The translations under genes and the position numbers were made by a program. Below are positions 38,101 to 51,500 of a stretch of DNA of 64,000 nucleotides, piece after piece. The DNA comes from Octopus sinensis (taxonomy: Eukaryota). Positions within the stretch are counted from its first letter, which is position 1. Every line of letters starts with the position of its first letter. The DNA lies in assembly GCF_006345805.1 (NCBI RefSeq), contig NC_043003.1:44516001-44580000 (forward strand), in the 5' to 3' direction. The notes under the pieces were generated by a model. That model was not told where the DNA came from. It saw only the letters and a program-made list of their open reading frames with translations, and did no database searches.

Positions 38101-39422
38101 TAAAATGTTTAATGTTAGATAAAAGAATCCACCAAAGATTTGCTTTTCTATTTCTGGGGGAGAATCATATTAAAATTCTATGTTCTTTGTAGTAACAGAA
38201 TATTTTATGATTTATATATGTGACATATAATACACCCGTGAATTACATATAGCGATTCGGAATACTCTGACAAAACATTCTAGAAAATAAATGAATGTGT
38301 GACATTAATTGCATACGAATTTGTTGGTCATTAATTGTTATTCAAATCCATCTGTTTTTTTTAACTGCTCTTGTTGAAGTGGTTTTTATGTGAGATAAGT
38401 ATTCATGTGCAGTGATGCAATTAAAACTTTACATATGTTAAACAGGTATTCTGCAAGTGCCAGGTTTATAATGAAGTTTGTAAAAAAATAGCATATAATC
38501 AGTTTCAAATTCTTTGAAATTTTAAAATATTAAAAAAATTTCATGCCTATGGTAATTAAATTCGGAACAGAATTTACAAATTTAAAATTTATTCTTAATT
38601 TCCAGGTTATTATTTAAATAATATAAGAAAAACGATTTTGTGGTTCGGATTGTTTTGTTTATTTTGCATATTCTTTTCAGTGGAGAAACCTTCACAATAT
38701 ATATAGCCCTGTGCAACATCACCTGTCGCTGCTGAGGCGGTTTAGTTTTGATTTCTGTATTTTTTCTTGGTCACATTGTATTGGTATTACGTGGGACTAT
38801 TTACTATGTTGAAATATCTAACAGATTTATCTTTGCGAAAGTGAGTATATATGTGTCAACTGTCACTTAGTTTATATTGCTAGTCACAGTACTTATTTAT
38901 TTTTATGCATAAAAGCTACATTTAATTAACGAAAAGTGATGTTAGTCTAGGGATTTCACTTATGCTAATTACGACAAAGTAGTTAGTGCTAATGTTATAA
39001 TTATATGCTATCATAATAAGATTTCATTTTGTGTTACTGGGTGCTCGATAGAGACACTTAGATAAATCAAATTATACAGGAACATCGTTAAACGTGAAAA
39101 AAAAAGACTGGTACTGAAATGTGGAATATATCCCAACCTAATGAAAGATTCGGAATTCCATTTTAAGCAAGGGCAACAGGTAACTATTTCCCCTGCTTCT
39201 GATTATATCAATCACTGTCTACCACACCTAAAATTCTGATGATAACAATCACTAATTAACACGACTAATGTTCAACAACCTTCCGATTCATTTCCTAAAC
39301 ATCTGATATGCAACGAAATGGAAGGGTATCTCTTGATGCTACCATGAGATTATAACATTATCACTAACTACTTAATCTTGGTTATCGTAAGTGAAACCAT
39401 CGATTATATAAATATATTATTT

Positions 39423-39458
<36 letters not shown>

Positions 39459-39461
<3 letters not shown>

Positions 39462-40282
39462 GGTGCGGTGAATAAAATGTCATCTATATCACACAACGTG
39501 AAAACAACACTGTTATCTTATTTTAAGAGATATTTTTACGAAAATTACGTAAAAAATATCTGAAAATATTAAAGAGAAACATTTATACAATAAAATAGCC
39601 ATTAGTTTCAACGGCGGGCTCCAGTCGATTTCGGAATCTCACGCAACTCTTTTGGATGATCTCCTTGTTTAAGTTAGTGAATACTAGCATAATCCTTCCA
39701 TCCGTTCATCTTTGCTGTTAGACGGAGTTTTGTTTGTCTCTCGTCTCACCCAGCTTCGCTCTACACATAATAATCAAGAGGATTGCGGCCTGGGGAGTTA
39801 GGTGGCTTGATATTAGGGCTGACGTGGTCGCAATAATTATCTGATAGCCAGGCTGGGTCCTCCTGCTTGTGTAGCAGGGTATAGAGTTCTGTTGCCAGAC
39901 ATGGGATCTTCCAGCAGACACCCTCTTCACCCAGGGCAGCACTACCTCCTCCAGGCACTTGATGTATGCCTCGGAGTTGAGTCTGACGCTGTGTGCGAAG
40001 ATGAATGGGGGCTTAAGGGTGCCATCACTAGTGACCACTTCATAGACCATGATGTTGACTGAATGCTTGATTTTTATCACACACGCTACATCTACTGTGA
40101 TTGACACCAGAACACTCAGAAATGTCCGTATTGGAGTACCAGACACAAAGGCAGAACAGTGTGAAATGCTTCATGGTGTTGTTACAGACGGTGCTCAACT
40201 GACCTACCATACTGTGTAGAGGATAAAATCAAAAACAAAAAATGCGCATATGTTAACTTAAAAATATTAAATGGCACAAATG
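39459..40282 (-). mobile_element. Internally deleted Tc1/mariner-superfamily DD37D (maT-type) transposon remnant
   Basis: KHSVNIMVYEVVTSDG..KPPFIF...YIKCLEEVVLPW...VWQQNSIPCYTSRRTQ-WLSDN...PPNSPGRNPLDYY, with 37 residues between the second (here D>N) and third catalytic positions. TA|CAGGGTG terminus at 39459; right end uncertain. Confidence 0.88.
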
Positions 40283-40296
40283 TATATATATATATT

Positions 40297-40360
40297 TCAG
40301 CGGTGGTGCCCCAGCACGGCCGCGGCCTGCGGGCTAAAACATTTTTAAGGATTTAAGGAT
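40297..40360 (+). mobile_element. SINE family 1, 3' fragment
   Basis: gcggtggtgccccagcacggccgcggcc matches the family tail. Confidence 0.6.
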
Positions 40361-40377
40361 TTATATCTATGGCATTC

Positions 40378-40448
40378 TGTATATATATATATATACAAAC
40401 ACACGCACACACATATATATATACACATATACATATATATACACACAC

Positions 40449-40479
<31 letters not shown>

Positions 40480-40491
40480 TATATTTATATT

Positions 40492-40568
<77 letters not shown>

Positions 40569-40688
40569 AAGATAGAGTGAGAGAGAAAGAGATAGATAGA
40601 TAAATACAGAAAGATAGATATAGATAGATAAATAGATAGATATTGGATATATATATATATACAAATATATATATATATACATATATAC

Positions 40689-40740
<52 letters not shown>

Positions 40741-40810
40741 ATGTGTGTGTGTGCGTACGTGTTTGTGTGTAAACACATGCATATACATGCATGCATACAC
40801 ATATGCAAGA
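40378..40810. repeat. Compound (TA)/(CA)/(GA)/(TAGA)/(TG) tract
   Basis: Seen directly. Confidence 0.97.
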
Positions 40811-41678
40811 ACATACACACATGCATACAGAAAACAATTATTATTAGCATAATGCACATTTTTACCTATGAATGTTTGTTTATATGAGTATACTGATACT
40901 CCTTGTTATCTCTTCCTTTTTAGTACAAACGTGACTTAACATTATTAAAACAAAAACGGAAAGTAAGAAAACACAGTATAAAGAATATCAGGGGCAACAA
41001 ATGGTGAAATCGATAAGCAGAATATCACAATCAGTCGCTTTCCAGATCAGCAGCAATTATAACAGAAATAACAAGAAACACATCAACCTCATTACAAACA
41101 TATATAGGAGCAACAACAGCAACAACAATTCAAAGGATCAATAAACCTCGCCAAACGTCTTGTGATCTTCCATACATAATGTCCCGTACACATATGGATG
41201 GGTATACGTGATGCTTCGTATTGAATTACAATTAGTGTGCATCAGCTATTGACACAAGAAACAGCAGTATCCCCCCCCACCGTCTCCCTTTCCATCTCTC
41301 CCGTTTACTCTCTCTATTTCTCTCTCTCCCTTTCCCACTCTCTTTCTCGCAGACCCAGTGTCTTTGTTTATGCTCATCATGCTCATAAACACATCCACAT
41401 GCACTTATGTAAACACACAATGAGACGCATGCGTGTATATACGCAGCATATAGCGTAATAAAATAAAATGAATGTAATTTTTTTTTTTTTCCAGCTTCTC
41501 TAAATTCTTTTTTCGTTCACTAACGAGATATTTGCATTTTTAATGCTGGAATATTTTATTATCTCTCCTCTGATATTGTTAATGATATACAAAACTTCGC
41601 ACGTGACGTTTTCTTGGCGATGTTGTCACAGTGTTGACTATTGTTCACAATTACCACCACCACATCTGCTAATATATG

Positions 41679-41855
41679 TAAGAAGAAGAAGAAGACGAAG
41701 ACGAAGAAGAAGAAGAAGAAGAAGAAGAAGAAGAAGAAGAAGGAGAAGGAGAAGAAGAAGGAGAAGAAGAAGGAGAAGAAGAAAAAGAAGAAGGGGAAGA
41801 AGAAGAAGGAGAAGAAGAAGAAGAAAAGAAGAAGAAGAAAAAGAAGAAGAAGGAA
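41679..41855. repeat. Interrupted (AAG)n at the tail of a minus-strand SINE
   Basis: Seen directly. Confidence 0.95.
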
Positions 41856-42040
41856 TTAGTGAGTTGATTGCTTTGACCCACCCCCACCCCACCCCAGTGC
41901 TCAACTTTTAATTACTTTATCGACCCCAGAAGGATAAAAGGAAAAATCGACATCGGCGGAATTTGAGCTCAAAACGTCAAGGCGGATGACATACTGTTTA
42001 GCATTTTACGTTGCCTACTAATAATTTTACCACCTTGGCG
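41856..42040 (-). mobile_element. SINE family 2
   Basis: ccccagtgctcaac...tttatcgaccccagaaggataaaaggaaaaatcgacatcggcggaatttgagctc...agcatttt. Confidence 0.8.
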
Positions 42041-42189
42041 CCTCAGCAACAACAACAATAACTACAACAATAAACAACAACAACAATAATTATAATGATA
42101 GTGGTGTGATAATGATTGTGAGGAAGATGCTGATGATGATGATGATAATGTTGACGACACTAAGAATAATGGTAGTAGTAGTAGTAGTA

Positions 42190-42830
42190 GTCACTCCAGA
42201 AATTTCTAGCTTCTTACGAATTAAGTTTCTCACCTTCAGTATTTTCTTCAACACTATTTATTTGGCATCAAAATCACCTCTTATCTACTCTAAACCATCC
42301 CTTCCGTTGATACTTATCTATGATTTTCTCATATCTGGGTGCTTACCTTTTGTTTCACCACTTTCTTGACTATCCAAACTCCTCTCACTTTGACGAAGTA
42401 ATTGTTCTTGAGAGCTTTGCTTAAAGTCTTCACTATGATCTTTTCTTAAAGTCTTCACTTTATTTTCTAATCCCGTATGAAAAGTGTTCTATTATTGGGT
42501 AGCCGACCTGTAGAGTATGTGCTGTAGCTAATTTTTTTTAAAAGTTGATATTTACTGTATGAGCCTGGGACCGAACGCTTATCGTATGATATATACATTA
42601 CCGGATATTTGCAAGTGTGGTTTCTTTTGCATAGAGAACTTCGATATAGTCATCATCTGTCCATCGCTCTCTATTGGTTTATTTTCAATTTGGGTATTGA
42701 CATTAAAGGATGGCTCTGTCTGTTCAGTGTTTCCGTTTTGAGGGGGCACTGACTTGGTATCTATGCTGAGGCTGCTTTCGTATTGAGGTTGCCCCGAGGC
42801 TCATGCGAAAAAATTCACCGCAGATTCTTT
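42190..42830 (-). mobile_element. R4/Dong N-terminal-half remnants
   Basis: RWTDDDYIEVLYAKE (cf. KWTRxExxEVIYAY) at ~42620-42670 and RYEKIIDKYQRKGWF...EKLNS*EARNFWS at 42190-42340. Confidence 0.55.
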
Positions 42831-43229
42831 TTGAAAGTTTTATCACCGAGAGCAGTTAAATCTTTCCACTTTTTCGAAAGAACATTTTTGCTTCTCTTCT
42901 TAATGTCACTTAAATATCGTACGTACAATACTTATTTTGATGTCCGTGTGTGAATTGTACAAACATTATATTTGTTGATGCATAAGCGAGAAACAGCAAT
43001 GAGCATATATGTAGAAATGGCAATGCATATGTGATGAATTCTCGTGCCCACACGTTTTTCACAGTTCTCTGGTATACGGATTACGCAGATTCTCGTGTTA
43101 TTTGCACATTCACCACATGCTTTGCTGCAACAACGTAAGCTCGAAGAAACTATGCTCATATACTTTGTATATGAAACGATCTTTCGCTTTCCTGAAATGA
43201 CTTACATTATAACGATTTATGAAACCATG

Positions 43230-43440
43230 CTTGGCGATGGTCTCAGACTTAGACTTACCTCGCAGAGAGCTTACTGATATATGCTTACCAGCATTTCATC
43301 CATCTTCACGTTTTGAGGTCAATTTTCCCTTTCATCGTTTCAGGGTCGATGAACGAAGTACCAATTGTGTACTGTACTGGGGCAAATGTGATCGATTGGC
43401 CCCTTCCCCAATGTCCAGGCCATGTGTCTATAGGAGAAGG
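43230..43440 (+). mobile_element. SINE family 2 with (ATT)n tail
   Basis: gcttaccagcatttcatcc...ccctttcatcgtttcagggtcgatg...gtaccaattg...ctggggcaaatgtgatcgattggcccc. Confidence 0.8.
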
Positions 43441-43493
<53 letters not shown>

Positions 43494-43645
43494 CATCATC
43501 ATCGTCATCATCATCATCATCATCACCTCCACCTCCTCCTCCTCCTCATTACTATTATTATTATTATCATCATTATTATTATTATTATCATTAGTAGTAG
43601 TAGTAGTAGTAGTAGTAGTGGCAGTAGTAGCAGTAATAGTAGCAG
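43440..43645. repeat. Compound (ATT)n(ATC)n(CCT)n(ATT)n(AGT)n
   Basis: Seen directly. Confidence 0.95.
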
Positions 43646-44774
43646 TATGTTTTTTCAAATAATTTGCATATGTATGCGCATGTGCGATTCTTTGTACGTA
43701 TATGTGTAAATCCTTTCATACAATTCGAGTCTTAAGAAATGCCAATCTAGCGATCGTACATGTAGATGTCCAGCCAGAGGTCATATTCCGCTTCTTGTAC
43801 TGAAAAGAATGAGTGTATAGTTGAGATTTATTCTACCAAACAGTAATAGTAATATTCTATTTTGAAATAATAAGTGATATTTGAGATTTGAATACGGATA
43901 GTGAACTTTCGCTTGCATATTAATAAAGGCCTATACATTTACATGTCTTATTGAGTAAAAGACTTATTGTATACATATGTTTAATCGAGAAGTCTATGGA
44001 AAATATTACATTAATGTATGAATGTCATATTAAATGAGAAGCTAAATAATGTATTTCTAAAATGTTGCCAGTTGAACCGAAGTAAATATTCACTAATGGA
44101 CAAAATATGCTTTCGGAAATATACGGGTACACGAAACATAAATTCATAGGTACAGGCATATATACACACATAAGTATATATATACTTGTATTACGAGTAT
44201 ACGTGTGTCAGTGTGTGTATGTGTGTGCTTATGTGTGCATGTAGAAAAGAATTAAATGTATGTGTATGTATATTTATGCATACATATACATACTTATGTA
44301 TACGTATACGTATGTATACGTATACGTATGTATACACTAGTTTGTACGTATACGTGTTTGTGAACACGTCCTTATACATTTACGCCTTGGCTTATGTACT
44401 TATTTCTTATGTGCTGCGTACATTTTTAAAAATACACACAAACACATACGTGCGTACGCATACACACACATTCTCTTTCCCACGCACACACACGCACACT
44501 CATATATGTGTGTGTATATATTTATGTATACTTATTTTTGTATAATAATAATAACAGAAATATTTGCCAACGTAACTTAGCAGTTGAATATTACTCTTTT
44601 TTAGCACCAGGAAACATCGTCACTATCAATGCCCTTGTACTTTCGCACAAGGGAGTTTAGGATTTCTGTGATATTTCCCTTCGTCAGCACAGAATAACTG
44701 TTCAACTAGAGGTCACATTGCTAAATTCTTGTTCGAAATATATAGTTTTCAAAGTGGCACACAGTCAATAATGT

Positions 44775-44786
44775 ACACACACACAC

Positions 44787-44844
<58 letters not shown>

Positions 44845-44905
44845 CTATATATATATATATACATATGTATATATATATATTTATATGTATATATATATAT
44901 GTATG

Positions 44906-44953
<48 letters not shown>

Positions 44954-45052
44954 GCATATTACTCTACCACTGGTATTTGAGTACTCTTTTTTTCCATCTT
45001 GTTTCACATTTATGTGTTTACTCCGGTATATATATATATATATATATATATA
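44775..45052. repeat. (CA)/(TA)/(TG) tracts
   Basis: Seen directly. Confidence 0.95.
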
Positions 45053-45254
45053 TACAAGTTTATGAATCTGTGTTGTAGGAGACCTGCTGTGAAACTGTGG
45101 TGAAACAATAAAAATAAATGACCATTCCAAAAGTTAACAATACATATTTATCTATAAAATGCATCAGGTGCTTCAGAATAATACCTGTATTTGTTTTATA
45201 CGACTATACATTTCAAGACCGTTCGCCGTCTTGGTAATAAACAAGCAAAAGATG

Positions 45255-45342
45255 AAATTGCTGAAGGCTGCACGCAGTGGGGCTGAACTCGAAGCCATGA
45301 AGTTGAGAGGAAAACCTCTTACCACACTACCATAGCTGCGCC
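45255..45342 (-). mobile_element. SINE family 1, tRNA-like head fragment
   Basis: cacgcagtggggctgaactcgaagccatg...cttaccacactaccatagctgcgcc. Confidence 0.7.
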
Positions 45343-47214
45343 AGTGCTACATGTATTCCAAATATATGAGATCTTCTAGATTATAATACCCCTCGCTATA
45401 GTTTTGTGCTATTTTCATTCTCTAAATCACAATACTTTTAACAACAGGTACATATACTTTATTTAGGTTTCATAAGACATCTATCTCTTATTTCCGGTCT
45501 ATTTCCCAGTTTTTCTTTCCAATAGATTAGATTGTATTTGCTGAAATAAATGCTAACACGTTTTCAATAGAAGACATTGTTTCACATAAAGGAATTTTAA
45601 ATTTGAAAAGGCAATGATTTTAAATTTTAAAGAGGCAAAAGGTAATCCATTTTAAATGAAGAGGTGTACACGCAAATCAATAAAAGAAAATTAAGTTAAC
45701 CATTCCAGAGAATTTCATTTCACTAGCGAGCACACATGCGTGCCAGTCTCACTCCTCGTGCTTTGGCCGACATATAATTGTGATACGGAACAGCTAGTTA
45801 TTGGATGTTTAAGTTTTTCATAGTGGCTACACCAGTTATAATTGTCACATCTAAATTCCTGAAGGAACATTTTCGAAATATATATATATATATATATTGC
45901 AATTGAATTTACGCTAAAGCATTTCATTCATTTAAAGAAATTTGCAACCACACCAACTAGTAATGAGTTTTTTTATAATTTAATTTTCGTTTCTGATTAT
46001 TACTTTATTTCATAGGACATACTTTGTCATTTATTATTAACGATTTAATGCCTTTTTATTTCCTTTTCAGTGTTTATAAATTTTTACATGTTGTACATTT
46101 TATTTCTTATTGTATTTTTATTATGAATTTGTTTTTCATGACGTTACTACAGCTACTTAGGTTTACGTTCCACCTCTCACGTTGAGTTTTGATTAATTAT
46201 TTTTTTCATATAATCTATTAAATTTACAATTAAGTGAAACAAGAATAAAAAGAAAAGCAAGAAAAACAAAGACAGGACTAACAACTATTAAGTATTCTGT
46301 CTTAATGAGGGCATGGTGCAGCGAATGTAATTGGTATAGTCTAGACGGTTGCTATAATCTTTGAAATTTGAGGTTACAGAATTAGAAATGAGATATCTAG
46401 GTGCAAATGAATTTAAAGTATAGTGAATATACATTATCGTTTATAACTGTGTAGAAATATTACCCGAGTTAGCTGAGACACTAACGGTATAAATTATATG
46501 CAACACTACGAACTAATCATTTGTATCCACGTGAAAATCAGTATATATGTGTGAGAATATCGCAAGAACTAAAAATGATGTGAAACAGTTTAGAGCTCAA
46601 GTGAGTAGATGCACTCAGGCAGAAGCGTTGTTTGAGAATAAATGAACTCAGACTATATATATAAGTATGCATTAATTTTGAAGGTAGTCGATAGGACACA
46701 TATCTTGTTGCATATTAATGGCTTTCAATACTATTCACACTATGTTTATTCAACCGGAAATGGCTTCAGTCTATTTAGCCAAATTCTGCGTCTTTCTACT
46801 GCTGGTAATTATAAATTGTCGCTATTCCTTTAAGGGTTGCGTTTATTATGAATTGTATCTATCTATCTTCTTAGTTCTTCTATCCAGAATCTTGACACTG
46901 GCATGGTCCACTATTGAATACCTTTGAATGACATCTAAATAATTTTGCAATAATCACCTTCCTAACGCTTGTCTTGTGCTCTTTGGCAACTTATTTTCTC
47001 AATTTCCGTTCCATCACATTGTAAGCCTCCATCAGTTACCTGTATTTGTATACATTCAGTGATTGAACGATATCTTGTTTTACCCATGAGATTTAATTTT
47101 TCGACCCTTATTCAAATTTTAATTACTGAAATAATCACCCTCAAATGTATACATATAAGTATATATATCATCATTTATTTAATCAAGAACTACAGCACAT
47201 GAATGATTCAAATA

Positions 47215-47420
47215 GGCGTCCAAGAGAGTGTCAGTGGCGCATAATATCGATGATTTTTCCGAAGACACATTGCGAGTGAACCAAAATCCTCTAACTGGCC
47301 TGCTCTGCAAGATGTCGGGCTTCGACCCATTGACGAATATTGTCTTGCAAGACAGTGGAAGTGCTGCTTCGAGAGGAAATGAGCAGCAACGAACCTTCCG
47401 TTATCAAAGGCGTCTCCAAT
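47215..47420 (+). mobile_element. Possible RTE-type LINE C-terminal remnant
   Basis: GLLCKMSGFDPLTNIVLQ followed, after a frameshift, by TVE resembles GHVxR...xTILQGTVEG. Confidence 0.3.
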
Positions 47421-47459
47421 ATGCGTACTAACTTACTCAACACTAATTTGATCATTTAG

Positions 47460-48290
47460 TTCCTCTTTTAGTTCCTTTTACAGTCATACTGCCTTATATT
47501 GTACATCATTTGCAGTTTGTTTCATGTGTTTCACTCCCCTTCTTCTTTTCTATGGTTGCCTGAAACCTTCCAAGATCTCTACCAATCTGCTCAATATCGT
47601 TCTCAAGTCTTCGTTCCCACCATGGGACATTTATTTTCATTTTTGTTTCACTTTAATCTCATGAGATTGCACAACGACAGAGTCTGCAAAACATAATTTT
47701 GTTAAGAACTGTTGTGTTTTCGATGTAAAGTTTCCTTAACGGTTCGTTCTTCTTTTAAACTACGTTATATAGCTTTCTTTCTTGATTTCTCTTACAGCTA
47801 GTAATTCTTTTCTTTCGCTATTTTGTGCCACATTTACGTATAGTAGTAAGATACTTTATTCCTCTGTAACAGTGTTACCCTCCACGAACCAAAACTTACC
47901 ATCAACCGACCAAATGCTTCTTTTGTCGAGATTTATTGAGTTCTCTACCAACCCCTGTTCTTATTGTTCATTTTTTTCGTGTTTAGTATATTCACGTCCA
48001 TATCATTTCACAATTTAAAAATTTTTAGTTATACGAAACGTCTTTCCATGTGAAAATGTTATGCCTTACATTCCGGTATGCAAAATCGGTAGGTTCGGTT
48101 CTGAAATAACGTTCCTTTATAGTTCGTTTGCTGATTTGAGAACATTTTCTCCTAATCTACGAAGAAGAATTTGGATAACGACCATGTCGACACCTCTGCG
48201 CTGTGTAACACTTGCCATGTGAGAGGTCTTCACTAGAAATGATGGTCTCGTGGATGCAGTTGTGATGATATTTATTCAGCATAAAACGGA
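47460..48290 (-). mobile_element. R4/Dong subfamily C-like N-terminal half (element Z)
   Basis: GRYP...RKCSQISKRTIKERYFRTEPTDFAYR; LTKLCFADSVVV; VPWWERRLENDIEQIGRDLGR. Ends before the RT domain. Confidence 0.75.
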
Positions 48291-48299
48291 CTAGATTGG

Positions 48300-49710
48300 T
48301 GGTGTGTAAAAATAAAACAGCAGTGTTTTCATCCAGAGCAGATCTTACATCCCCTACCTTGATACCTTGCCATTTTTGCCATTCTAAATTGTCTAAGTCA
48401 GTAGATAATCTATCAATCCAAGGAACGTTTCTATTCTGTGTTTTTTCTTCTGCCCACATTTTATTCCAATGTTCCTACGCGTCTTCTTTTGATGGGTCAC
48501 ACTTTACTGTAACTGGTATTTTCCCTATCTTCCTGTAAACAATTTTGGGGTTAATTTTTTATCGCGTTTTCCTCGAAGAATCTAACGCACTTTTCATACT
48601 GTGTTATGGATGGCAGGTTTAGAACATGTTTTGCTTCATGGTGGTATCGATATCAAGTATTGTTGGTTTTCATATTACACGTTTTCTTTAATTTTCGGAT
48701 TTTTGTTGGTTTGATACCCTTGTCAAACTTAAAGCATTTTAAACGTTGTATGTCAGACCTAGGTAACTGAATTAGGTGTTGAATACGCTGTTGCCATATA
48801 AGATTTTTTGTCAGATAGTTGTCTTTCTCTAATCTTTTCACCACATAGAATCGTTGAGAACTCCGCGGATGCATAGCACTGGTGATTGATATCTGTGATA
48901 TCAACATCATTAGCTGAAATTATATTCTATAAGTGCAAGGCGGCTTTTCCCAATTACTTTCTGGTTTTTGAGAGAGTGTCACGCTCATTCCCCTTTTTTT
49001 TTACTCTTTTACTTGTTTCAGTCATTTGACTGCGGCCATGCTGGGGCACCGCCTTTAATCGAGTAACTCGACCCCGGGACTTATTCTTTTGTAAGCCCAG
49101 TACTTATTCTATCGGTCTCTTTTGCCGAACCGCTAAGTAACGGGGACATAAACACACCAGCATCGGTTGTCAAGCAATGCTAGGGGGACAAACACAGACA
49201 CACAAACACACACACACACACATATACATATATACGACAGGCTTCTTTCAGTTTCTGTCTACCAAATCCACTCACAAGGCATTGGTCGGCCCGGGGCTTT
49301 AGCAGAAGACACTTGCCCCAGATGCCATGCAGTGGGAGTGAACCCGGAACCATGTGGTTGGTTAGCACGCTACTTACCACACAGCCACTCCTGCGCCTAC
49401 ATACAGGTTACTTTAATTTTAAGTCATTCAATCATGATTTGATTTTTTTAGATTGTCTAGTTCAGTTAGTTCAATTTCTGTGTGACTGTTTTCATCTATT
49501 TCAACTTCATCTGCCTTGGTATTTATGGTTGTTTCAGAGTGTATTTCACTTTGCTTTTCTGTTGCATTGACGTTTTCCATCATTAATGCATATTTATCAT
49601 ATCTGAGTTGCTGTGTCATTATTTCCTCACAGGTATGTTCTTTTGCTGCGACTTCGTTCTTTTTATCCCTTGCTGGCTGATTAATTTGGTCAATCTCTAA
49701 TTCAATCACT
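48300..49710 (-). mobile_element. R4/Dong N-terminal-half fragment (element Y), interrupted by a SINE
   Basis: Acidic linker ORF 49428-49709; TDINH; IWQQRIQHLIQLPRSDIQRL; MWAEEKTQNRNVPWIDRL...IKVGDVRSAL. Confidence 0.75.
49001..49398 (-). mobile_element. tRNA-derived SINE family 1, best full-length copy
   Basis: Sense strand aggcgcaggagtggctgtgtggtaag (A box), ggttccgggttcactccc (B box), internal (TG)n, tail ggcggtgccccagcatggccgcagtcaaatgactgaaacaagtaaaagagtaaaa. Confidence 0.95.
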
Positions 49711-51500
49711 GATTTTTTGTCGTAATATTTATTCTGATGTAGGCAAGTTTGCTACTATATATATAAGATCTTACTTCAAGGTGCTTTTCCCTCCAGTTCA
49801 CCAGTTCAGGTAAGTTTGATCAGTTTTAGATTTGTTTATGGGGAAATACACGGCGCAATAGCAGGCCTTAATAACTTTTTTATCCTCCTTTGACGCTTTT
49901 TCATTCTTTTTTCTTTTGGCTATTTTATGACGAACGTGGACAGTCAAATGTTGGAGTATTCTGGTTTTGGGGTATTTTAAGTTCCAGTACTTCGAGAAGA
50001 TTTGAAACAGTAGCTGGATTTTCGCACCAAGTCTGGTTCCTCACCGGAGTGCGTGGCACTCGTTGGTTCGGGTGACGGCCTATCCGGTGTGTATTTTGCT
50101 TTATATTTGAGGCATGACGAGCTTGGACGTTGAAATTAGGGGAGGGATCTGTATGTTTAGAGTTAACATTTTCAGACAACACCGTCTAATCCACTCAGTA
50201 TTTATTGTATGTCTTTTCATTACTCCAGGTATTTTTCCAGATGTTTTCAAATGCTGCCATAGCAGACGGGCCTTCAACGGTTATTTTCTCCTTTCCTATT
50301 TCTTTGTAGAATTTGAACAGATTATTGTGCTTGTATTTTAACAGCTTATTATGCCTCACATCTCAAATCTTCGTATTTTTTGAGCTTTTGCTTGGACGTT
50401 TTGTTCCAGTGTTTCTCTTCCTGCAAGTAGTCCTTCTTTTTGTGAGAATCTATGTTTTCTCTTCATCACTCATTTTCTGATTTTTACATCGTTTCCACAG
50501 ATTAGTTCATTCAGTATTGATATTTCCCCACTCTCATTCTTTCAATCTCGTTCTCAATTTTACTTTTTCAGTTTGGAATTCTTCTCAAGCTTGTATTTCT
50601 TTGTTTTTCAGAGGCATACGATATGTTTCAATTATCTTAGCAGTTGCGGAAATAATTTCGTTTAATTTAGTGAGACCTGGGTTTAGTTCTTTAATAATTT
50701 CTTTTGTTACCTAGTTTCCAATTTTAATTTGTTTTCTATTTTGGATTGCATTTAAGAGTTTATGAGTAGTTCTCAATCATGCATATTGGCGTGTCTTACA
50801 AATGCAAGCTCATTAGGGATTTTCTGTTTCAGTTCTATCATAGACTCTCGATGTTCTTCAGTAAATATGTAAACTTCATATATTGCTTCTTTACCACTTT
50901 CTCAGCTATCATTATCAGGTTCATTACAATTTATTTCTTCAGACGATGGCGTGTTCTGGTGAGATGCCAGTATTTCAAATGAGACTCGTGGAGAGTAGCA
51001 CTCTCCGTCTGGTTCTTCATTTCCTCTCTGTCTTATTTAGGTCATTATCCGTTGCGTGCTTGATCGCAGTTATTTCACTATCTCTGAGACTTTTATTTCT
51101 GAATATATCCATCCTAACATTTGCTGGAGTTTGCTGTTTTCATTTCCTGTTCCCCATATTTGGTAAAAGTGTGCGATGTGTTTCGCCTCCGATGATCTGC
51201 CTAAAACATAATAGTAGGCGTATATTACTTCGGTATGCTCATCTCGGGTCCATTTGATCCGCTTAAATATTTCTTTCTATGGTGAATGTGGTGTTGGACT
51301 TGAAAGGCCTGAGTTGGGATACTTCACGTTCCAATGACCACCTACGTTCGTATTCAGAGACGAGTTTGTGCCAGTGGATGACTTTCCGACCCCAGGCTTG
51401 CTCTCACCTGGGGGAGGCGCTTCCAGATTAACCATTCGGCAAGCGATTTGGTGTTCTGTTGTAGTTTTCCGTTTTGCTTCGTTAGACATATTTGTGCAAC
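49710..51500 (-). mobile_element. R4/Dong 5' half from the putative ATG (51489) to RT domain 1 (element X)
   Basis: MSNEAKRK...; KWTRDEHTEVIYAYYYVLGR; LTKLNEIISATAKII; FKFYKEIGKEKITVEGP..FENIWKNTWS; (C)LPTSE*IL (cf. CLPTMYKIL). Many stops. Confidence 0.82.

Noticed and set aside
38670-38740. GEKP-like C2H2 zinc-finger linker
   Set aside because: Needs a frameshift and has no flanking Cys/His pattern.
49300-49398. tRNA gene
   Set aside because: A and B boxes are present, but it continues into a multi-copy SINE body and I could not fold a full cloverleaf.
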